A DNA stretch of 64,000 nt from Candidatus Limnocylindrales bacterium. Its GTDB lineage: Bacteria; Moduliflexota; Moduliflexia; Moduliflexales; JAUQPW01. Shown one piece after another: positions 50,615 through 59,924 of the stretch. Position 1 is the stretch's first letter. Every line of letters starts with the position of its first letter. Both the position numbers and the translations under genes were made by a program. The DNA is taken from positions 1 through 64,000 of the forward strand of contig DATMBG010000042.1 in NCBI GenBank assembly GCA_035559535.1, read 5' to 3'. The notes beneath the pieces are model-generated. The model was not told where the DNA came from. It did no database searches and saw only the letters and a program-made list of their open reading frames with translations.

Positions 50615-51100
50615 ATGTTCAAAAAATTTAAAGTTTATACGTTCGGCATACCCCTATTAACCCTTGCATTAATGGGCATATTCATGCTCCCTACAAGCCT
50701 GATCCTGGCTCAGGATGGACGGGTCGAGAAGGTTTCTAATTCTCCATTTGATAAAACCATCAAACAACTGGAGGATGCGATCACGGCTAACAAAGTGATG
50801 GCTGTCAACAAAATTGACCATCAAAATATGCTCACCATGGTAGGGATGAACATCAAAGGGAGCAAAACGTATGAGGTGTTTCGCCCCGATTTTGGTAAGA
50901 TCCTTTTTGAGAGCAATCCCGCTGCCGGGTTGGAGATACCCTTAAGAATCTATGTCTACGAAAATAAGGAGGGAAAAACCGTGGTCAGTTACCATAAGCC
51001 TTCAGTGGCTCTGGCAGTTTACAAGAATCCCAAGCTGGATGAGCTGGGTAAGACTCTGGATGGCATTCTTCAGGCCATTGCCGATAGCGCCACAAAATAA
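50615..51100 (+). CDS. Exported DUF302 family protein
   Basis: Signal peptide; IDHQ, GLEIPLRIYVYE, VSYHKPS. Confidence 0.75.
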   Translation: MFKKFKVYTFGIPLLTLALMGIFMLPTSLILAQDGRVEKVSNSPFDKTIKQLEDAITANKVMAVNKIDHQNMLTMVGMNIKGSKTYEVFRPDFGKILFESNPAAGLEIPLRIYVYENKEGKTVVSYHKPSVALAVYKNPKLDELGKTLDGILQAIADSATK

Positions 51101-51188
51101 TTTAAATCCAGGGGTTAGTTGTTAGGGGCTGGGGATGAGTGCGGACCCCTAACCCCTTTAGTTTTACTTTGAAAGCGAGGTTAGTCTT

Positions 51189-51998
51189 ATGGTTGATAAA
51201 TTCCTTTATACTTCGATAATCCTTATGGCCATTGTAGCCTTCATAGTCGGAGGCGCTCTGGTGATCCTAGGGCTTATAAAAAGACATCGGCATACCAAAG
51301 AACTGCTGCTGACTTTGATAGTTCTGGCGAGTGTTGGAGTTTCTCCAAACCTTACCGTCTTCAGCCCGGCCGGGTTCATCTCCTGGAGCACGTATTTCTG
51401 GTATCTGGTAGTTCCAGGTTTCATCCTATTTATAGGGATCCTGATCTATGCCTATGTCTCCGGTGAGCAAAGGCTCTTCAACCGGATGTGGGCCGGGATG
51501 TGGGCTGGGTTCGCAGCGGCTATTGCTTTAGATATAGTACGACTCACGGGATTTAAGCTGGGTTACATGCCCGGCAACATGCCACGGATGTTCGGAGTTA
51601 TGATCTGGGGAAACATGCTGGAAGGCCCCAATGCCTTATCTGATTTTATTGGGTATGCCTACCATTTCTGGAATGGATGTGCCTTCGGGATTGTATACGC
51701 CCTAATTTTCGGCAAGACAAGCTGGATCGGTCCCTTAATCTACTCAGCGGCTTTTGTTGAGATCGGGATGATGATTAGCCCGGCCATGCTCTCCATGGGA
51801 GTGGGACCCTTTGGGATCAACTTTGGTCCGGGGTTGTTTATGGTAAGCCTATTAGCTCATATTGCCATGGGTATCGTGATGGGAGTTATCCTCCAGCGAT
51901 ATGTCCGGGACCAGGGTACGATTCTGAAGTTGCTCCCCTTTGGGGAAGAAAGGTCAGGGGAAGTGCTGACGGGCTATGGTCAAACTTCCAGAAGCTGA
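51189..51998 (+). CDS. Hypothetical multi-pass membrane protein, Met/His-rich
   Basis: About 7 TM segments; MPGNMPRMFG, YHFWNGC, AHIAMG. Confidence 0.7.
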   Translation: MVDKFLYTSIILMAIVAFIVGGALVILGLIKRHRHTKELLLTLIVLASVGVSPNLTVFSPAGFISWSTYFWYLVVPGFILFIGILIYAYVSGEQRLFNRMWAGMWAGFAAAIALDIVRLTGFKLGYMPGNMPRMFGVMIWGNMLEGPNALSDFIGYAYHFWNGCAFGIVYALIFGKTSWIGPLIYSAAFVEIGMMISPAMLSMGVGPFGINFGPGLFMVSLLAHIAMGIVMGVILQRYVRDQGTILKLLPFGEERSGEVLTGYGQTSRS

Positions 51999-52092
51999 AA
52001 GGGCAGCTGGAAAACCAGTGTGGGAGTATGGAGGTGTGGGAGTGCGGGAATTACTCCCACACCTCTATACTCCCACACCAGTCGAGGTTCTT

Positions 52093-53529
52093 ATGAAGCA
52101 AAAAGAAAAGCCATCACATTACGATTTAGTCATCCTGGGATCCGGTTCGGCAGCTTTTGCTGCGGCCATCAAAGCCTCTGAATTAGGGGCTCGGGTGGCC
52201 ATGACGGAAAGCCGGGTCGTGGGTGGGACCTGTGTCAACCGGGGATGTATCCCGAGTAAAAACCTGATTCGAGCCGCTGAGATTTATTACAGCGCTCGTA
52301 ACCAGCCCTTTGACGGCATTGAGCTGGAGCAGAAAAGGTTGGACTTTGGTCGTCTCATCGCCCAGAAGGATGAGCTGGTAGAGCGGCTCCGATACAAAAA
52401 ATATATCAGCATTGCCGAAGAGGATGAGCGAATAACTATCTTTACCGGACCAGCCCGGTTCATCTCCCCCCATCAGGTTCAGGTTGGGGATCAAGTTCTT
52501 CAAGCAGAGAAGTTCCTCATTGCCACAGGAGGGAGAACCCAGATTCCCGATATTGAAGGATTATCGGAAGTGGGGTACCTCACCAGCGATTTGCTGGCCA
52601 GCGGGGAGAGCATGGAGCTCAAGGAATTACCTCAATCTTTGCTGATTATTGGAGGGGGATATATCGCAGCGGAACTGGGTCAGATGTTCCAGCGGTTCGG
52701 AACGCAGGTCACGATGATCGAGCGAGGATCCCGGCTCATCAAAACTTTTGATGAAGAAGTGGCGGCGGTTTTAAGGAAGGTCCTGGAGGAAGAAGGGGTG
52801 AAGCTGGTGTTTGAGGCAAATCTGGTTAAGGTTATCCAACAAGAAGGGCAGGTTCGTCTGACCGTTGAAGTCAGGGGTCAGAAACAAGATCTGGTCGGTG
52901 AGAAGCTGTTGTTAGCTACCGGTGTTGTACCTAACACGAAGGATCTGGGCTTAGAAAAGGTGGGCGTTAAGCTCGACCCGCAAGGCTTTGTGAAAGTGAA
53001 CGAAGAAATGAGAACCACGGCTTCCCATATCTGGGCGGCAGGGGATGTGACCGGAGCGCCTTTAGCCACGCCGGTGGGAGCCCGGGAAGGGGTGGTGGCC
53101 GCTGAGAACATGCTGAACCCCAAGGCTCATAAAAAGATGGACTATTGGGCCATTCCGAGGGCGATCTTTACCGATCCAGAGGTAGCCAGCGTAGGATTAA
53201 CGGTTCAGCAGGCCAGAGATCAAGGCTATGAGGTAGATGCTAACTGCCTGGATCTGGCCCATGTCCCCAAGGCGGCTGCCATTCGGGATACTCGGGGGCT
53301 GGTGAAAATGGTCATGGATAAAAAGACCCGACAGGTTTTAGGAGTCCATTTGATAGCCCATCGGGGAGCGGACATCATCCATGAAGCGGCCCTGGCGGTT
53401 AAGTTTAAGCTCACAGCGGATGATCTCATCGAAACGGTTCATGTTTATCCAACCCTATCCGAGGCTATCCGGATGGTGGCCCAGACGTTTACAAAGGATG
53501 TCTCTAAGCTGAGCTGCTGTGCCGAGTAG
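52093..53529 (+). CDS. merA: Mercuric reductase without NmerA domain
   Basis: GSGSAAFAAA, GGTCVNRGCIPSK, HVYPTLSE, C-terminal LSCCAE; start corrected to ATG 52093. Confidence 0.93.
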   Translation: MKQKEKPSHYDLVILGSGSAAFAAAIKASELGARVAMTESRVVGGTCVNRGCIPSKNLIRAAEIYYSARNQPFDGIELEQKRLDFGRLIAQKDELVERLRYKKYISIAEEDERITIFTGPARFISPHQVQVGDQVLQAEKFLIATGGRTQIPDIEGLSEVGYLTSDLLASGESMELKELPQSLLIIGGGYIAAELGQMFQRFGTQVTMIERGSRLIKTFDEEVAAVLRKVLEEEGVKLVFEANLVKVIQQEGQVRLTVEVRGQKQDLVGEKLLLATGVVPNTKDLGLEKVGVKLDPQGFVKVNEEMRTTASHIWAAGDVTGAPLATPVGAREGVVAAENMLNPKAHKKMDYWAIPRAIFTDPEVASVGLTVQQARDQGYEVDANCLDLAHVPKAAAIRDTRGLVKMVMDKKTRQVLGVHLIAHRGADIIHEAALAVKFKLTADDLIETVHVYPTLSEAIRMVAQTFTKDVSKLSCCAE

Positions 53530-53638
53530 GTCAAACGTCTCGTTTGATTAGGAAAAGTCAGGGATCAGATCCAGAGAACCTGGAATGAGTACTTTCTGAT
53601 CTCTCTTACCTGTGAGACCTGGGAAGAGGGGGACTCTT

Positions 53639-56062
53639 ATGAATGAAAATATCTTGACAAACGATGGGCAGGCCTTTGGCTACCCAGGGATTCCACCCAG
53701 GTGGACCTTGAGTTCAAAGGAAGGGGTGGGAACGGCCTATTCCACGTCCAGCCGGGTATGGTTCACTATATCCCATGGCATCCTCACTGAGGTTTACTAT
53801 CCCACCATAGACCGTCCGCAGATCAGGGATCTCCAATTTCTCCTCAGTGACGGCGAAACCTTTTTTCATGAAGAAAAGCGCAACCTGGTTAGCGAAGTCG
53901 AGTACCTCGAGCGAGACACCCTGGGCTATCGCATCGTGAGCACCGACCCTGAAGGGCGATATCGGATCATCAAGGAGATTCTCTCTGATCCTCATCAATC
54001 TTGTGTGTTAGTACACGCCCGAATCGAAGCTATTGAGGCTTCAGAAGATTGGTTAAACCGCTTGCAGGTTTATGTATTGATGGCGCCTCATCTGGAGGTG
54101 GGCGGATGGGGCAACTCAGCCCGGAGGTTTCATGCTGCCGGCTGTGACCTCCTCGTAGCATGGAAAGGCCGTACCTATCTGGCAATGGGAGTGAATGTGG
54201 GGTTCACCAAGACATCTTGCGGCTATGTGGGTTTCAGTGATGGCTGGCAAGACCTCCACGACAACTTTCAGATGGACTGGCAGTTCCAACGGGCTGAGAA
54301 TGGGAATGTCGCGGTCATCGGGCAAATAGACCTTGCGAAAGACAAAGAGTTTACGCTAGGATTGGCCTTCGGTGACGGACTCCACGCAGCAGTAACCACC
54401 CTCACCCAATCACTGAGCGTACCCTTCGCCGATCATCGAGAAAAATACATCGCCCAGTGGTACCGTGTCTGTTGCGATATACCGGAGCTGGATAAGTACT
54501 CCGGGGACGGAGGACGGATCTATCGGATCAGCCATAGCTTGCTGCTGGCCCACGAAGACAAAACCTTTGCGGGTGCCTTGATCGCCTCAGCGAGCATTCC
54601 TTGGGGGGACGCCAAGGGGGATGAAGACCTCGGTGGCTATCATCTGGTATGGACCCGCGACATGGTTCACAGTGTTACAGGATTGCTGGCCTGCGGGGAC
54701 CTGATAACCCCCCGCAGAGCCCTTATCTATCTGGCCTGCTCGCAGCGTCCAGATGGGGGTTTCCCACAAAACTTCTGGCTGGATGGAACGCCTTACTGGA
54801 GCGGCATCCAACTCGACGAGGTCGCCTTCCCTGTGATCCTCGCCTGGAAGCTCTGGAAGGCTGAAGCCTTGGGTGAGTTCGATCCTTACCTCATGGTCAG
54901 GGCCGCGGCCACTTACTTGATTCGTCAAGGTCCCATGACCCAGCAGGAGCGCTGGGAAGAGAACAGCGGATACTCCCCCTCGACCCTTGCAGTGACTATT
55001 GCGGCTCTCATCTGCGCAGCCGACTTTGCCAGATCTCGTAGGCAGGAAAAGCTCGCCGTTTTCCTGCAGGATTATGCGGACTTCCTGGAGTCCCATGTCG
55101 AGCGCTGGACGGTGACGACCCAGGGGGGTCTATTGCCAGAGATTCCCAGGCATTACATCCGCATCCATCCGACGGATATCCACGATCCCGCTCCGGACGA
55201 AGATCCCAATCGTGGCATGCTGGCAATTCGCAACCGGCCACCGGGGGAGCCCTGGGAGTTTCCGGCCAAAGACATCGTCGATGCCGGTTTCCTGGAATTG
55301 GTCCGTTACGGCCTACGCAAGCCAGGAGACCCGCTTATCGAGGATTCGCTCCAAGTCGTGGACGCTGTGCTCAAGGTAGATACCCCCTTCGGTCCCTGCT
55401 GGCATCGCTACAACCATGACGGATACGGCCAGCGTCCGGATGGCGGCCCATTTGAAGGATGGGGAAAGGGACGGGCCTGGCCGCTTCTCACAGGGGAGCG
55501 GGGCCACTATGAGCTTGCAGCTGGCCGCGACGCGAGACCATACATCCGCGCGATGGAGGGATTCGCTTCCAGAGGTGGCCTGCTTCCTGAGCAGGTGTGG
55601 GATGAAGCAGACCGGCCTGAGATCAAGATGTACCTGGGGCGGCCTGCGGGCTCGGCCATGCCTCTGATGTGGGCCCACGCCGAATATATCAAACTGTTAC
55701 GGTCTGTTGCTGACGGCCAGGTGTTCGACCTGATCCCAATTGTAGCCGAGCGCTATCTGGTCGGACGGGGGCGCAAGGACCTTGAGGTGTGGAAGCCAAA
55801 CCGTCAGGTCCGGCAAGTGGTACCGGGGCAGGTGCTGCGGGTTCAGGCACCAGCAGCTTTCTGGCTGCACTGGACGGATAATGAGTGGCAGGACGTTTAC
55901 GATACACGGTCAACGCCAACGGCCCTTGGTATCGAGTTCGTGGATATCCCAATTGCGTTAGAGCAGCGTGCCCCGATCCGCTTTACCTTCCGATGGGTGG
56001 AAGGAGATCACTGGGAAGGTAAAGATTATGCAGTGACCATTGACCACAAGACACCGCGATAA
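53639..56062 (+). CDS. Glycoside hydrolase family 15 (glucoamylase/glucodextranase-like)
   Basis: TEVYYP, ASASIPWG, GYHLVWTRD, QERWEE, LPEQVW, MPLMWAHAEY. Confidence 0.9.
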   Translation: MNENILTNDGQAFGYPGIPPRWTLSSKEGVGTAYSTSSRVWFTISHGILTEVYYPTIDRPQIRDLQFLLSDGETFFHEEKRNLVSEVEYLERDTLGYRIVSTDPEGRYRIIKEILSDPHQSCVLVHARIEAIEASEDWLNRLQVYVLMAPHLEVGGWGNSARRFHAAGCDLLVAWKGRTYLAMGVNVGFTKTSCGYVGFSDGWQDLHDNFQMDWQFQRAENGNVAVIGQIDLAKDKEFTLGLAFGDGLHAAVTTLTQSLSVPFADHREKYIAQWYRVCCDIPELDKYSGDGGRIYRISHSLLLAHEDKTFAGALIASASIPWGDAKGDEDLGGYHLVWTRDMVHSVTGLLACGDLITPRRALIYLACSQRPDGGFPQNFWLDGTPYWSGIQLDEVAFPVILAWKLWKAEALGEFDPYLMVRAAATYLIRQGPMTQQERWEENSGYSPSTLAVTIAALICAADFARSRRQEKLAVFLQDYADFLESHVERWTVTTQGGLLPEIPRHYIRIHPTDIHDPAPDEDPNRGMLAIRNRPPGEPWEFPAKDIVDAGFLELVRYGLRKPGDPLIEDSLQVVDAVLKVDTPFGPCWHRYNHDGYGQRPDGGPFEGWGKGRAWPLLTGERGHYELAAGRDARPYIRAMEGFASRGGLLPEQVWDEADRPEIKMYLGRPAGSAMPLMWAHAEYIKLLRSVADGQVFDLIPIVAERYLVGRGRKDLEVWKPNRQVRQVVPGQVLRVQAPAAFWLHWTDNEWQDVYDTRSTPTALGIEFVDIPIALEQRAPIRFTFRWVEGDHWEGKDYAVTIDHKTPR

Positions 56063-56098
56063 CCAGACACTTAAGTGACCCCAAAAGGAGGTAAATCC

Positions 56099-56752
56099 AT
56101 GGAAAAGAAAAAATTAGACCTGGAGGAGATAGTTGCCCTGATAAGGAATTCATTACCAAAACTCAGCGCAGAAGAGCAAAAGGTTTTTGTACAAATATAT
56201 CGGCTTTTGGCCGTAGGTCAACCCGTGCCCCATGACAAAAAGCCACAAACGCTTCACGTCTCAAATGACGTTGTAAACGATATTCTGAGTCGATGGTGGG
56301 GGATCTATTATGATGAAAAAGATCGTATCATAGGGTTTTGGGGACTGACCCTAAAACCCATGTCACACCGTTTTGAGGTCAACGGTCATACGCTGTACAC
56401 CTGGTGCGCCTGGGATAGTTTATTTATCCCTGAGATTATCCAGAAAACTGCTCGTGTAGAGTCTACCTGTCCTGTGACGGGAGCCAAGATCCGGCTTACG
56501 GTAACCCCGAAAGACGTCAAGCAACTCGACCCGGCTGGTGCCGTTATGTCTTTTATAACACCAGAAGCTGCCAAAATTCGCGAGAATGTGATTGCCAACT
56601 TTTGCCACTACGTGTATTTTTTCAGTTCTGCGGAAGCAGGTACTACCTGGATTTCAAAGACCCCGGGAACCTTCCTTCTTTCCATAGATGAGGCCTATTA
56701 CCTTGGGCGAAAGAAAAATGAGTTTCAGTTCAAGGAGGCTTTAGTAATGTAG
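56099..56752 (+). CDS. merB: Organomercurial lyase
   Basis: YTWCAWD (catalytic Cys/Asp), STCPVTG, FCHYVYFF; GGAGG SD before ATG 56099. Confidence 0.9.
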   Translation: MEKKKLDLEEIVALIRNSLPKLSAEEQKVFVQIYRLLAVGQPVPHDKKPQTLHVSNDVVNDILSRWWGIYYDEKDRIIGFWGLTLKPMSHRFEVNGHTLYTWCAWDSLFIPEIIQKTARVESTCPVTGAKIRLTVTPKDVKQLDPAGAVMSFITPEAAKIRENVIANFCHYVYFFSSAEAGTTWISKTPGTFLLSIDEAYYLGRKKNEFQFKEALVM

Positions 56753-56786
56753 CCAATATAATAAATCTGATGAACTTAAAAAACCC

Positions 56787-56818
56787 TTGACCTTCCAGCA
56801 TACTGGAAGGCTTATCCT
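56787..56818 (+). promoter_or_regulatory. MerR-family promoter/operator
   Basis: TTGACC-N20-TATCCT with perfect dyad CCTTCCAG-CATA-CTGGAAGG overlapping the -35 and spacer. Confidence 0.85.
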
Positions 56819-56886
56819 AAAAGTATCCTGGGAATCATGAACGGCTCTAAAGAAATTGTTTTATAGAAGTAAGGAGGTGATCCTGG

Positions 56887-57039
56887 ATGGCTCTCAAGGA
56901 AGGCGAGATTTACCAATGTCCCGATCCTAATTGTGGGTGTGAAATTACCGTGACGAAGGCACCTGCGTCAGGCAAGGGCGGTAATTTACCACCGCGTTGC
57001 TGCTGCGGTAAAGAGATGATGCTAAAGAGTAAGCAATAA
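56887..57039 (+). CDS. Small Cys-rich desulforedoxin-like protein (50 aa); missing from the ORF track
   Basis: AAGGAGGTGA SD; MALKEGEIYQCPDPNCGCEITVTK...PPRCCCGKEMMLKSKQ. Confidence 0.85.
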   Translation: MALKEGEIYQCPDPNCGCEITVTKAPASGKGGNLPPRCCCGKEMMLKSKQ

Positions 57040-57173
57040 AGACCGTCGCAGAAGGGGAAAATCCCCTTCTGCTACCCTGAGAATTATTCACAATATTCAG
57101 GGATATTCTCCGATTTCTAGACATAAACAACTCAAATCAGCGTGTAACATAAAAAAGAAAGAGAGCAAGAAAT

Positions 57174-58178
57174 ATGAATAACTCTAACAAAGGAAAAATT
57201 ATCTTTGTCTCCATGGCTTTGGTCCTTCTGGCCATAACCGTGATTGGGCTCTTTTCCCTGGCCACGTCTCCGGCTCAGGCCGCCAGTCTCACGCTGGCTT
57301 ACGTAGCCGGACTTTCAATGATCCTGTTACCGTGTACGTTACCTGCTCTGCTTGTAATCGTTCCACTATCCATGGGCAAGGGCTATCAAAAGGGTTTTCT
57401 TATCGCTTTGTTCTTTTCCATTGGAATGGCGATCACACTGACTGCCTATGGAGTAGCTATGGCAGCCCTAGGGAAGATCCTCTATCTGGACCGGGCGACC
57501 CTTTTGATGTGGTTGGTCGCGGGACTGGCGGCTTATCTCTTTGGGCTGTCGGAGTTAGGATTAATTTCCTATAAAGGACCGTCCTATTCCGGGTCTCTGC
57601 CTGGTTTTATGGCAGGATCACCGACTAATTATTTCAAAGCCTTTTTGATGGGAATTCTACTTGGAAACGCCGGGATCGGCTGCCCCAATCCGGCCTTCTA
57701 TGTGTTGCTAACCTATATAGCTGGAATAGGAAACCTTATGACAGGAGGGATTCTTGGACTCATTCATGGTCTTGGCCGCGCCACACCTCTCCTGGCCATC
57801 TCGATCCTGGCCATTTGGGGAGTCAATTCCATGGGGTGGATCCTTAACAAGAAGGAGGCACTGCAACAACTGGTGGGGTGGGGGCTTATTGGTTTTGCCG
57901 CTCTCATCACCCCAAAACCCATCTTCGGCCATGCCTGGTGGGAAGAGTCTATTTTTCATAAAGTTTGGAATAGGGTAGTAATGATTATCGGTGGTGAGCA
58001 GATTGCCGAAAGCGCTTATGTGGAAAAGCAACTGGGCGATATGCCAGTTCATGACCCGTTGCTGCTCTATGGCCCCTGGATCTTTCTGGCCCTGCTAATT
58101 GTAATTCCAATCCTTTGGGGCTATGCTAAAAACCTTCAAAAGAAGGAGGTAAATAGGTATGTGGAAAAAACCGCTTAA
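57174..58178 (+). CDS. CcdA/DsbD-TM family protein
   Basis: AGLSMILLPCTLP and GIGCPNP transmembrane Cys pair. Confidence 0.8.
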   Translation: MNNSNKGKIIFVSMALVLLAITVIGLFSLATSPAQAASLTLAYVAGLSMILLPCTLPALLVIVPLSMGKGYQKGFLIALFFSIGMAITLTAYGVAMAALGKILYLDRATLLMWLVAGLAAYLFGLSELGLISYKGPSYSGSLPGFMAGSPTNYFKAFLMGILLGNAGIGCPNPAFYVLLTYIAGIGNLMTGGILGLIHGLGRATPLLAISILAIWGVNSMGWILNKKEALQQLVGWGLIGFAALITPKPIFGHAWWEESIFHKVWNRVVMIIGGEQIAESAYVEKQLGDMPVHDPLLLYGPWIFLALLIVIPILWGYAKNLQKKEVNRYVEKTA

Positions 58179-58362
58179 GATTTTGGGTGTGATAGCACTG
58201 CTGGTTCTGATGCCGGTTCTGGTGCAGGCTCATGGCGATGACCAGGTAACGGTAAATAGCCTCTTCGGCCCACTCCTAGCCATTTTTACGATTTTCATCC
58301 TTGTCCCTCTAGGTAAGGTCGCTATTCGAGGGATCAAGAAGCAGAAGGAGGAGAGAATATGA
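58159..58362 (+). CDS. Small hypothetical membrane protein
   Basis: AAGGAGGT SD; signal-like segment ending VQA-HGDD plus one TM. Confidence 0.65.
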   Translation: MWKKPLKILGVIALLVLMPVLVQAHGDDQVTVNSLFGPLLAIFTIFILVPLGKVAIRGIKKQKEERI

Positions 58363-58616
58363 TTCATCTGAAACTACTGACCACCTCTGGTTGTTCTCGT
58401 TGCGACCGGGCCAAACAAGTTATCGAGAAGGTCTGGCCTGATTTTCCCGATGTGAAAGTGGAGATCATCAACCTCATAGATCACGCGGAGCTTGCTGTCC
58501 AGTATGGTGTCATGGTCTCCCCAGCCCTGGTTATCAATGAGAAGGTGGCCTTTGTGGGTGGAGTCAGCGAGAATCAGTTGAGAGAAAAACTCATGCAAGT
58601 CGGAGAGTACCCATGA
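58359..58616 (+). CDS. Small thioredoxin/glutaredoxin-like protein
   Basis: TSGCSRC, YGVMVSPALVIN. Confidence 0.85.
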   Translation: MIHLKLLTTSGCSRCDRAKQVIEKVWPDFPDVKVEIINLIDHAELAVQYGVMVSPALVINEKVAFVGGVSENQLREKLMQVGEYP

Positions 58617-58927
58617 AAGTCTTTTATGTGTCACTGACGGTGATATTCTTACTTGCCCTTGCTGTGACGATCTTGTTAAGATCGGGCTTCCTTTTGGCAG
58701 GAGAGGAAGAGATTATCCTGTCCGTTCCTGGCATCCCTGGCCCCTACTGTGCTTACGGCCTGGAAAAGCGGTTATTAGAGCTGGAGGGGGTTCAAAGGGT
58801 GGATTTGCTTTGGAAAGAAGAGAAAATCCGGGTGGTCGTTGCTCTGGGGAAGAGGGTGACTCTTGCCGAGATACGGGAAGCGATCCAGCGAGCTGACTAT
58901 CCCTATCCTTACACTATCTCACCATGA
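58613..58927 (+). CDS. Membrane-anchored HMA protein with a single Cys (GPYC)
   Basis: VPGIPGPYCAYGLEKRLLELEGV. Confidence 0.72.
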   Translation: MKVFYVSLTVIFLLALAVTILLRSGFLLAGEEEIILSVPGIPGPYCAYGLEKRLLELEGVQRVDLLWKEEKIRVVVALGKRVTLAEIREAIQRADYPYPYTISP

Positions 58928-59906
58928 AAAGATTTGGGATTCTTATAGCTCTGGCGATTGTTCTAGCAGTCCTTTTCTTTAGCCTGTTTCCGATAGATTC
59001 GCTTCGCTTACTACAAGTTATATCTCCCAAAGAGACGTATCGGGCTATCTTGCAGTGGGGCCAGGAAGGAGAAGGAGCAGGAAACTTTCGTCACCCTATG
59101 GGGCTTGCTTGGGAAGGCGGATTTCTTTACGTGGCTGATGCAGAAAACGGAGCGATTGAAAAGTTCCAAGACGACGGATCCTTTGTGCCCAATGGAAGGG
59201 TTTTAAAAGACCGGTAGCTGTAGCAGCGGTAGGAGATTTCGTTTATGTCGCCGATTTTCTCGCCGATCAAATTTCTAAGCTCCATAACGATGGTACCCTA
59301 ATTGTTCAATGGGGGCAGCATGGAAAAGGCGATGGGGAATTTGACGCCCCTACTGGAGTCGCGGCAGACCACTACGGTCAGGTTTATGTGACCGATTTTT
59401 ACAATCACCGGGTCCAGAAATTTACCGCTGATGGAAAATTCCTGCTCCAGTGGGGAAGCAACGGCCGTTGGAGTGGGAGATTCCATTACCCTACTGATGT
59501 GGCCGTCAATAACCAAGGCGAGGTCTTTGTGGTGGATGCCTACAACCACCGGATCCAGAAATTTACTCGAGATGGACACTATCTTACCAAATGGGGTGGG
59601 ATCAGTTACGGCCTTTCAGGGAAATGGCCTGGCTGGTTTCGTCTGGCTAAGGCAGTGGCAATTGATCAGGAAGGCTATGTTTATGTGGCAGATGCCTTCA
59701 ATCATCGGGTGCAGAAGTTTACGGGCCAGGGGAAACTGGTTAGCTGGTGGGGAGGACTTGGCAGTGACCTGGGCCAGATTCACTATGCGGCTGGAGTTGC
59801 TGTAGACACGCAGAGATCTGTCTTCGTGAGCGATTTCTTCAACAACCGAATTGAAAAATTTGTCTCAATGGTTCCAAAACAATCGAAAAAGAATATTATT
59901 CCTTAA
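58924..59906 (+). pseudogene. NHL-repeat protein interrupted by a single-base frameshift near 59187
   Basis: NHL repeats in both 58924-59217 and 59388-59906; the second frame is open from AQWKGFKRPVAV at about 59187. Confidence 0.75.
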
Positions 59907-59924
59907 TACCTTTAAAGGATCATA

